From Candidatus Pacearchaeota archaeon (GTDB lineage: Archaea > Nanobdellota > Nanobdellia > Pacearchaeales > GW2011-AR1): a stretch of DNA of 64,000 bases. The notes beneath the pieces were generated by a model, which was given only the letters and a program-made list of their open reading frames with translations, had not been told where the DNA came from and did not search any database. Location: positions 179,812 through 243,811 of the forward strand of contig JBAZWF010000001.1 of the NCBI GenBank assembly GCA_041660485.1, given 5' to 3'. How positions within the stretch are numbered: the stretch's first letter is position 1; every line of letters starts with the position of its first letter. A program made the position numbers and the translations under genes. Of the stretch, positions 57,501 to 64,000 are shown piece by piece.

Positions 57501-60500
57501 TGTATAATTAACTAATAAAGAATTAGTTCCTGCACTTAAAGAGGATTTACTATAAGAATAAGAACAATGTCCAGAATCATTTGTATAAGCAGTTGTAATA
57601 AAACTATTATTATTATAAAAATAACATGTTGCTCCTGCAACTCCTTGATTTGTTTCATTATAAACTCTTGCAGTTAAATTAACAGATTTCGCAACAATCC
57701 CCATATCATCTTCTCCGGTAACTAAGCTATTTCCTCTAACTAATTCAATCCCATTTTCAGGATATGTAAAATTAATTGATACAGAAGGATATTTAGTTGA
57801 AAAAAACACAGAAGTAAAATTAATATTATTTGCACTATCATTACAAGTAAATACAACATTATTTGAACCAGAAGCTAAAATAGGATAAGTAGAATAAAAA
57901 TAAGTCTCATTAAATCTATTCATAGTAATATTTGTCATCAAATTCAAACTAAATTTGCAAGAATCAAGGTTTTCTGAACCACTTACATTAAATTCAATTA
58001 ATGATGGCCCATAACTATCATTTAATGGAGAAATAATATTAAGCAATGGGAAAGTAGTATCTATTATCAAAAAATTAGGATCACTAAAGTATTCGGTGGT
58101 TATACTCTCATCACCTAAATTCAAAGTATAAATACATGAAACAAACCAATCATAATTATTATCTGATAAAGTTTTTGAAACTGTTTGATAAGTCCCATTA
58201 GCCGGAGAAATAACAGTATCTTCAGAAATTCCATTAATAATTAAAGAACAACTATCCACCTGAGGACCGGTATAATAATAAACAAAATTCTGTGAAGGGT
58301 TATTTGAAATTAAATTATTCTCAGGAGAAACTAAATAAATTGTAGGTTCAGGAGGATTTCCTAAAACTTCAATGCTTCCAGTTGATGTCTCAGCAATATT
58401 TCCTGCATCATCATAAAGATAAAATTTATATGAATAAGTTCCGGTATAAACTCTTTTACTATAATCCACTAAATAAGATGTCCCGCCAATTGCAACAGGT
58501 GAATCATTTTGCCAAACACCATTTGGATTGCTTGAAAAAATAAATCTGCTTAAATTAAAATTATCATTTGCTAAAACTCCAAAGTGAGCAAAAGTATTGT
58601 TATAAACTCCTCCAGTGGAATAAAGTCCACTATAAGTTGGAGCAATATTATCAATTTGAACAGCCCATAAATCTCCTTTTCTATTATTATTTGTAGGAGT
58701 AGCTGCATCATTAACACTTATATTTGCATATTTTATTCCTGAACTTGCAGTGCTTATATTTGCAAGTATATTCCATGAACTATTAAATAAAGGAGCCATA
58801 CTTCCAGAAGAGAATGTCATATTTGTCCATAAACTTCCATTTAAATTAATTAAATATGCCTGAACATAATTTATTCCAGCAGCAACAAAAGGAGAATCAG
58901 TTACAGTTGCAGTTAAATTAACTCCCTGATTATTTTTAACACTTGATTGTCCTATTGGATATACTACTTGCATATCAATAACAATTGGTTTTGTTCTATC
59001 AATTATATAATGAATAGTATCAAAATTAGAATTCCCAGAATTATCATATGCCATAATACGAATATCATAACCCTCACTTAAATTTGAAAAAGAAGCAGTA
59101 TTCCAAGTGCAACTATAAATATTGGCAGAAGAAATACGGTTTATGCAAGTACTTATATTTGTCCAGCTTGTAACAGTAGAATTTTTATATTGGAAATGAG
59201 CTACTCCCAACCCATGATTATCAGAACCATTTGCCCTTATTATTACAGGCCCATTAACAAAAGAATTATTTGAAGGGGAATAAATATAAATATCTGGAGG
59301 AGTTGAATCCTGAGTAGTCAAAGGCAGATAATCAATATTATAGTTATTAATTACATAAGTTTGATTACAAATAGAATCTCCGTCAGGATCTCCGCATGTT
59401 TGAGAACGTCCAGTTCCAAGAGAATTAACCCAATAATTTCCACCAATATAATTTCTACCAATTATATTTGTTGTAAGTGTTTTTGTTTTATTCAAATAAT
59501 TAAGATAGCTAGCACTATTTGAAAAAGAAGCAATTGACCCAGTTGAATTAAAGATATTATTAGAAATAAAATTAGAACCTGAACTACTCATTTGTATTGC
59601 AAGAGAAAATGAAGCAACAGTATTGTTAACAATAAAACTATTCCCACTTAATGAATATGATATTCCTATACCTCCTGCAGTTAAAGCAGTTAGATTACTA
59701 TTAGTAATATTATTATAATAATTATAATTGTTAAATCTTATTGCATAATTTGTTCCTATTCCATTAATTAAAATATTATTTGAATCAATAATTGTTGAGT
59801 TTATCCCTCCAGTTAAATATACTCCATAAGCAGAAGTTCCAGAAGTTACAATAGAATTATTTAAAATACTATTTCCAATTCCATATAAAGACAAAGCAAT
59901 TCCATAAGCACTTGTATTAGTAGTATTAATTATATTAGTAGAAAATATATTTGAATAAGATTTCATATAAGAATATATTCCATAACCTGAAGTTCCTAAA
60001 GATAATATTTTATTTGAAGTAAAATTATTATTGCTTGAATTAAATAAATAAACTGGATAAGCACTTGAACCAGCAGTAGTAATATTATTTCCTGAAATAA
60101 CTCCAATAGATGAACCTAATAGATATATGCCATAAGCAGAAGTTGCACTTGTTTTAATAGAATTATTTAATATTAAACTTGAATTTGATTGCTGTAATAA
60201 ATAAATAGAATAAGAACCATACCCGCTTGTATTAATAATATTATTATTTATTGAACCAGACTTATATTTATTAAAATAAATTCCATGATTTACAGAATTA
60301 GAAGTTATTGAGCCATAAGTTGTAATGCTATTATTTTCAATTGTTGCATTTGTCCCATTCTGAAAATAAATTGCATAACTATTTGTCCTTGTTGCACTTG
60401 CCTGAGACATTTTACAATCTCTAACAATACTATCATTATAATTAACAGAAGCAATACCATAACCATTTGTTGTTTTAGAATAATTAATTAAATGCCCGCT

Positions 60501-60893
60501 ACAATTCAAAGTAACTTTATTTGCTTTTATATTAAAACAAGTTCCTGTAGATAAAACATCTAAAGTAAGAATATAAACTGAATTTGAAACAGTTAGGTTA
60601 GTGCAATTAGAAATATAAAAAACATTTACTTCCTCATCTTCTAATATTCCAAATCTTCCTGTAAAAAGTCCAAAAATATACTGCCCAACAGCTTCTATAC
60701 TTGCAATAACTCTTTGTGCAAATGTTGTAGATGTAGATTCTGTTTGTGCAAAATATCCTTGCTTATTATCAGAAGTATAGCTTGCAGAATCTCCTTGAAA
60801 AGCATAAACAATTGAAAAAATACCGGTTAAAAAACCAGTAAATAACATAAACATTACAATAGCTAAAGTATATTTTAAATTAAGTGCTTTCAT
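54588..60893 (-). CDS. Giant (2101 aa) surface protein: signal peptide, parallel beta-helix repeats, Ig-like region, TSP1-like repeats flanking a Hint domain, Cys-rich modules, one TM and a ~270-aa polybasic cytoplasmic tail
   Basis: Uninterrupted 6.3-kb ORF. PbH1-like NNSI..TS..SAYGIYL repeats. WSAWSAWS-C motifs. TM LILWISLLILVVYAII. Confidence 0.9.
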   Translation of the reverse strand: MKALNLKYTLAIVMFMLFTGFLTGIFSIVYAFQGDSASYTSDNKQGYFAQTESTSTTFAQRVIASIEAVGQYIFGLFTGRFGILEDEEVNVFYISNCTNLTVSNSVYILTLDVLSTGTCFNIKANKVTLNCSGHLINYSKTTNGYGIASVNYNDSIVRDCKMSQASATRTNSYAIYFQNGTNATIENNSITTYGSITSNSVNHGIYFNKYKSGSINNNIINTSGYGSYSIYLLQQSNSSLILNNSIKTSATSAYGIYLLGSSIGVISGNNITTAGSSAYPVYLFNSSNNNFTSNKILSLGTSGYGIYSYMKSYSNIFSTNIINTTNTSAYGIALSLYGIGNSILNNSIVTSGTSAYGVYLTGGINSTIIDSNNILINGIGTNYAIRFNNYNYYNNITNSNLTALTAGGIGISYSLSGNSFIVNNTVASFSLAIQMSSSGSNFISNNIFNSTGSIASFSNSASYLNYLNKTKTLTTNIIGRNYIGGNYWVNSLGTGRSQTCGDPDGDSICNQTYVINNYNIDYLPLTTQDSTPPDIYIYSPSNNSFVNGPVIIRANGSDNHGLGVAHFQYKNSTVTSWTNISTCINRISSANIYSCTWNTASFSNLSEGYDIRIMAYDNSGNSNFDTIHYIIDRTKPIVIDMQVVYPIGQSSVKNNQGVNLTATVTDSPFVAAGINYVQAYLINLNGSLWTNMTFSSGSMAPLFNSSWNILANISTASSGIKYANISVNDAATPTNNNRKGDLWAVQIDNIAPTYSGLYSTGGVYNNTFAHFGVLANDNFNLSRFIFSSNPNGVWQNDSPVAIGGTSYLVDYSKRVYTGTYSYKFYLYDDAGNIAETSTGSIEVLGNPPEPTIYLVSPENNLISNNPSQNFVYYYTGPQVDSCSLIINGISEDTVISPANGTYQTVSKTLSDNNYDWFVSCIYTLNLGDESITTEYFSDPNFLIIDTTFPLLNIISPLNDSYGPSLIEFNVSGSENLDSCKFSLNLMTNITMNRFNETYFYSTYPILASGSNNVVFTCNDSANNINFTSVFFSTKYPSVSINFTYPENGIELVRGNSLVTGEDDMGIVAKSVNLTARVYNETNQGVAGATCYFYNNNSFITTAYTNDSGHCSYSYSKSSLSAGTNSLLVNYTLPSQYYSKAINESYTNFSIVRYITSLTMVNLRAFGGYYDGDNATLLINITKINETGTFVYDPQNISANSTNSAQQPYGPTYYPEKGIIKLVNGSYRANVTVNKSFGGFIRWEVTLSNDNYGTYIGSAIHADKEVCTPSYSAWSAWSACSGSVQTRSRTDGCGGTEVETQSCTDVPTSCFPAGTKILMSDGNEKNIEDVKVGEDILSYNEKNKINDIGRVEEIETPVRNHMCSLVFSDNSKLELTKEHPVYTNEGWKAISSKETLKENSAMGFVSDLIVGDYVMFDDLKYKEIKSINCWNEVIQTYNLKSIDKYHNFYANNVLVHNKGEGGCTSSWSAWSAWSDCVNNQQTRTRSDGCGSTETEFRACGCTPLWEYGVWNICEGGVHSRIWTDRNRCDETNLTYTETQSCIKNLIITYTPQELFLIIANGSSIEFSVTMVDSVSEPLTIKWYLDSTLRKQDSGTDSLQSFSTERFLKDSKIKAEISNGLNIQEVLWDVKVSSNLTLCEENWYCTWSVCKEPGFKYAEDCVDLNECGTNLNKPYQQECSCIPDFKCGENSLCEFNYSVTDVLQGKPVLSGQQFSLCSDAKKCENNTVNYSSCDVGTPVRIVNSKICYEDYVEVYDIASNKLVSRLKSSQVSGLKKLDIGLITSSFAGYCNFCFDGIKDFDETDVDCGGSCAPCIIKKAYFDWLYYLKLILWISLLILVVYAIIKHRKEIIEKISGIKGMKLKKIKLPQFKARREIERAVKPARPGIGIEERIGRVAGSAVGKIKKFFSGIEVKIRFRKVRRERAVRIEKPTVIKPIEMPAVKPRRKMFASMSDKLKEWKQKKYYGVSKLEEGMIASMAKKVKKIPRKIKEYRIKRAVAKAEKKIIRAREKAQKKLIREKARAERKAIRAKVKARKKFVRVERKAARRKAREIKRKIRRKEVKKEELGDLEKQLREWKEKGYYDTTRLQKKLDEFKGRNPLKG
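56526..56969 (-). other. Hint (intein-like / BIL-type) domain, 148 aa, inside the giant surface protein
   Basis: CFPAGTKILMSDG...TKEHPVY...NFYANNVLVHN followed by Lys, not Cys/Ser/Thr. Confidence 0.8.
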
Positions 60894-61060
60894 TCTCTTT
60901 TTTATATACTAAATAGACGAAAAATACTATATAAATATTATCAAAATGGGAAAGATTGTAAGTTTTCAAAGAAAACTTAAAACTATAAGTAAGAAATATA
61001 ATATGCAAAGTTAATAGAATGTTATAGTTCATGTAAACTAATTAATCATTATTTAATAAT

Positions 61061-61112
61061 ATTAAAATAAGTTAGGTTTTGCGCCAGCATAAACCAATAT
61101 GATACATTTATT
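61061..61112. repeat. Copy D of the ~50-nt hairpin element
   Basis: TTAAAATAAGTTAGGTTTTGCGCCAGCATAAACCAATATGATACATTTA. Confidence 0.8.
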
Positions 61113-61151
61113 TAAGAACAATTTTTGTATAGATAATAATATTTCCCAAAT

Positions 61152-62648
61152 TTACCCACTTAAATTTTCAACATATTCTGGCGCATCAACTGGAGAAGGA
61201 GCAACTTCCATTAATTTTTGAGCAAGATACATAAGCCATTTAGCTTTATCTAAAGAAATCTGGGATTTCAAAATATCCCTAGACAAACCAGCATCATAAG
61301 TTTTTTCAATCCAATACTCTCCAATTTCAAATCTAATAATCAATCTATCATTTAAAATTTCAGACTTAACAATTTCTGCATCTTCTTCTCCAGTAATCAT
61401 TTTAAGCTTGAACTTCTGTTCATCACTTAATACAAAACTACTTACATTTTCATCTTCAAAGGTAACATTTGCAGTTAAATTAGAAGTTAAATTAGCAAGT
61501 AAAGTCTCATTGCTAGCAGTTGAAGTTTCTAAAAGAACTAAATTCTTGCTTACAGATAATATTTCTTTATTTTGCGAAATAACTGAAACAATCATTTCTC
61601 CTTCTTCAGGATTTAAATTAAGTGAAGATAAATTAATATTAATTTCATAAGTTATATCTCCTAAATAATCTTCTCCAAAACCTTCTTCTGTTTCAGAATA
61701 ATCAGTTGTAACAGTTACAACTCCATTTTCAATAGATAATGAAACTGGTTGTGAAGAAGATACAATTTCTGCAGTCTGTCCTGATTCAAGAGTATAAGTA
61801 TAAGGATTTTCAAAAGAAGTTACTCCACTAACTTCTCCAACTTCATTTATTGTTTCTCCAGTAATTGGAGATGTTTCACCTACTTCAGAGGTAGATTCAG
61901 TTGTTGATTCTGTTGAAGATGTTTCAGAGGTAGATTCAGTTGTTGTTTCTGGAGTTTCACTTGAAGTTGATTCTGGTGTAGATTCAGTTGTTGTTTCTGG
62001 AGTTTCACTTGAAGTTGATTCTGGTATAGATTCAGTTGTTGTTTCTGGAGTTTCACTTGAAGTTGATTCTGGTGTAGATTCAGTTGTTGTTTGTGTTTCT
62101 TCAGTAGAAGTTTCGCTTGTTTCTGTTGAAGTATTTGTTTCTTCACTAGTTTCACCACTAATTCCTTCTGTTCCAGTTCCTTCACTTGTTCCAGAAGAAA
62201 TTACATTCATAGTAAATGAAACTTCTGGATAACTTATTTTCTCGCCCAAAATTCCATATCCTTCTCCACTTCCAGATAAATCTTGTCCAATAGCATAATA
62301 ATCTCCATTAAGAGCTGCTTCAGAAGTTAAACCAGACAAAGTATAATTTGAATAATTAGAACCAATTTTAATTGAAATAATTGAATCAGAAGGAATAAGC
62401 TCTCCTGATTTAAGGCTTAATGCAAGACTCCCTTTCAAAGTTTCATTAGGAAGATAAGTTGTAGTAACTGTTAATGAAACACGCCCAGTTGTTCCAAAAT
62501 TTCCAATATTAATAAAAAAAACAAATAAAACTCCAACTAATACAACTATAAATGCACCTATCCAAAATTTATTATTAAACTCAAATTTTTTACGTTTAAC
62601 TAAATTCTGTTCATTTAATTCTTTATTATTTTTCAAAATTCTTTTCAT
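61152..62648 (-). CDS. Membrane-anchored mucin-like protein with a Thr/Ser/Glu/Pro-rich tandem-repeat stalk
   Basis: N-terminal TM; TTTESTPESTSSETPE repeated. Confidence 0.75.
   Translation of the reverse strand: MKRILKNNKELNEQNLVKRKKFEFNNKFWIGAFIVVLVGVLFVFFINIGNFGTTGRVSLTVTTTYLPNETLKGSLALSLKSGELIPSDSIISIKIGSNYSNYTLSGLTSEAALNGDYYAIGQDLSGSGEGYGILGEKISYPEVSFTMNVISSGTSEGTGTEGISGETSEETNTSTETSETSTEETQTTTESTPESTSSETPETTTESIPESTSSETPETTTESTPESTSSETPETTTESTSETSSTESTTESTSEVGETSPITGETINEVGEVSGVTSFENPYTYTLESGQTAEIVSSSQPVSLSIENGVVTVTTDYSETEEGFGEDYLGDITYEININLSSLNLNPEEGEMIVSVISQNKEILSVSKNLVLLETSTASNETLLANLTSNLTANVTFEDENVSSFVLSDEQKFKLKMITGEEDAEIVKSEILNDRLIIRFEIGEYWIEKTYDAGLSRDILKSQISLDKAKWLMYLAQKLMEVAPSPVDAPEYVENLSG
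61931..62098. repeat. About 3.5 copies of a 48-nt coding tandem repeat (16-aa unit TTTESTPESTSSETPE)
   Basis: Units start at 61931, 61979 and 62027, with a partial unit at 62075. Confidence 0.85.
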
Positions 62649-62649
62649 A

Positions 62650-63354
62650 TTAACTTGTCGTTTCCACTGTTGTTATAACATTATTCCAATCAACATTTCC
62701 TACATTTTCAACATAAACTGCAATTACATCTCCAGGAACATAAGTTAAAACATTTTCTGACTGAGTATCAAAGTCAATTTTCTTTTGGTCAGATGAAGTT
62801 ATCATATTGCTAAATCCTGTGTCAACTCCATTTTTATAAACTTTAATATATAATTTTCCAGTTCCATCTTTTATACCTAAGCTTGTTGATATTCCTGTAA
62901 TGCTTCCAGGTCTCATCATAACATAACCTCTTTCTGCACTTGATTGAACTCCAGTTGCACTATCAAGATATCTTGATTTAACAGATTCACCAGAAAATCC
63001 AAATGTCAAATATTGAATATTCTTAGTTATAGCAGTTTCAAGTTTTGGTAATTCATTTGCAGAATATGTTACAATAAAAAGATTTTCAGATTTATTTCCT
63101 TCAGTATAATTTACTTCATAGATTCCAACATTATTTTCATCAATTGTTTTAATCTGAACATCATCAGGTAAAGATGACTGATCAACTTGTTGTATGTCGG
63201 TAATTTTATCTGAATCAATTCCCCCTTTTTCAACAAAAGAAGAAACATAGTCAGAAACCTCTTTAGAAACCGCTCCATCAGAAATAGTTTGGGCAAAAGC
63301 TCCAGCTGATATTAAAAATATAAATCCTAAAACAACTATCACCTCTTTTTTCAT
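62650..63354 (-). CDS. Secreted hypothetical protein (234 aa, signal peptide)
   Basis: N-terminal VIVVLGFIFLISAGAFA; stop-start spacing of 1 nt to the next gene. Confidence 0.6.
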   Translation of the reverse strand: MKKEVIVVLGFIFLISAGAFAQTISDGAVSKEVSDYVSSFVEKGGIDSDKITDIQQVDQSSLPDDVQIKTIDENNVGIYEVNYTEGNKSENLFIVTYSANELPKLETAITKNIQYLTFGFSGESVKSRYLDSATGVQSSAERGYVMMRPGSITGISTSLGIKDGTGKLYIKVYKNGVDTGFSNMITSSDQKKIDFDTQSENVLTYVPGDVIAVYVENVGNVDWNNVITTVETTS

Positions 63355-63361
63355 GTTAAAA

Positions 63362-63619
63362 TTAACTTCCTAATGAACTATTTGTTGTTGATTGTGGTTG
63401 TTGATATCTAACAAGTATCATTGTGTCATTTCCTTCACCAAGAACAACATAACCTTGTTGATTAACCACCTGCATTATTGTTTGAACAGCTATTTTTTGA
63501 GCTGCAACTTGTTTTTGAACAACAAATCCTTGAATTGTAGGCCCAATAAAAAGTACATATACTAATACAAGAGCTAATACAACAATAATTCCAATGGCCA
63601 CTGCAAATTTCTTATCCAT
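63362..63619 (-). CDS. Small N-terminally anchored protein (85 aa)
   Basis: AAAGGAGG upstream; TM AVAIGIIVVLALVLVYVLFIG. Confidence 0.55.
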   Translation of the reverse strand: MDKKFAVAIGIIVVLALVLVYVLFIGPTIQGFVVQKQVAAQKIAVQTIMQVVNQQGYVVLGEGNDTMILVRYQQPQSTTNSSLGS

Positions 63620-63677
63620 TTTTCCTCCTTTACCTTTATTATATACTAATTATAATATTAAGAGTTTAAAAATATTC

Positions 63678-63812
63678 TTATTTTCAAATTGGGTTTAATA
63701 CTTCGTGCCAATTTGAAGATTAGAAATTGTCAGTCACGAAGTGATAAATTTTAGGCGATTTCTTTATTTTCAAATTGGGTTTAATACTTCGTGCCAATTT
63801 GAAGATTAGAAA
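63678..63812. repeat. Two perfect 49-bp direct repeats (63678-63726 and 63764-63812, 86-bp period). Each forms a hairpin TTCAAATTGG-N15-CCAATTTGAA. The spacer carries CACGAAGT, complementary to the loop ACTTCGTG.
   Basis: Direct reading. Confidence 0.85.
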
Positions 63813-63903
63813 CACTAAGAATTTTTGAAAGTTAAATTCTTGGGTGTGCTCAAGAATCTTTGATTCTTAACATTGCTGATTTTTAAACAATTTCTTTATG
63901 TCT

Positions 63904-64000
63904 ATATAACCTCTCCAAAACCTATTAATCTCCAATGTCCTCCAAAATTTCTAGCAAGTCCAATATTATCTCCTGGGAAAATTACAACCGGAATATTCAA
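63904..64000 (-). CDS. 3' end of a gene running off the window (…LNIPVVIFPGDNIGLARNFGGHWRLIGFGEVI*)
   Basis: Own translation of the minus strand; partial, function unknown. Confidence 0.35.

Noticed and set aside
61880-62185. 101-aa Q/K/L-rich ORF on the same strand as the mucin-like gene
   Set aside because: It is an alternative frame of the 48-nt tandem repeat, so its periodicity simply mirrors the repeat. The long 498-aa frame explains the region.
45104-63296. Further nested ORFs (45104-45391, 45482-45670, 49400-49612, 56044-56244, 56996-57178, 61408-61650, 63111-63296)
   Set aside because: Same reasoning: they are antisense or alternative frames of well-supported longer genes.

Overview
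This is an AT-rich, densely coding window (GC not computed) that looks archaeal and most resembles a small-genome DPANN-type lineage such as Woesearchaeota or Pacearchaeota; that placement is an inference. Supporting marks are archaeal ribosomal protein genes (L10e, L35Ae, the L7Ae-S28e-L24e trio), a thermosome, Kae1, intron-containing tRNAs, GGAGG-type ribosome-binding sites and many ATGA/TAATG start-stop overlaps. Housekeeping content includes PEP synthase, gyrB (with a mini-intein) and gyrA, an Obg/YchF-like GTPase, a B12/radical-SAM enzyme and a CapA-family protein. No rRNA gene, CRISPR array, integrase or transposase was seen.

Six regions are not housekeeping:
- **2200-6036:** a three-gene operon around a NucS/Shedu-like PD-(D/E)xK nuclease.
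- **12220-15491:** a bacterial-type tyrosine decarboxylase with an amino-acid/amine antiporter.
- **16147-16775:** a MntA/HepT toxin-antitoxin pair.
- **38729-39693:** four tiny, translationally coupled genes, mostly Cys-rich or zinc-ribbon, wedged between gyrB and gyrA.
- **42349-47227:** an accessory island with DUF3800, an AbrB-NTase fusion, a membrane-inserted PLD nuclease and a HEPN/NTase cassette bounded by a 14-nt direct repeat. It follows a 0.8-kb structured non-coding stretch.
- **47283-63619:** a 16-kb block of genes all on the minus strand for surface proteins. It includes a 2101-aa beta-helix adhesin with a Hint (intein-like) domain between thrombospondin-type-1-like repeats and a polybasic cytoplasmic tail, a membrane-anchored lipase-fold protein, a 692-aa coiled-coil protein, a stand-alone FlaI/GspE N-domain protein and a mucin-like repeat protein. 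This block is my best candidate for an undescribed (host-interaction) system.

Several repeat families and an odd tRNA-Gly locus with extra 3'-end copies are also reported. All domain calls come from motif recognition by eye, not from searches.
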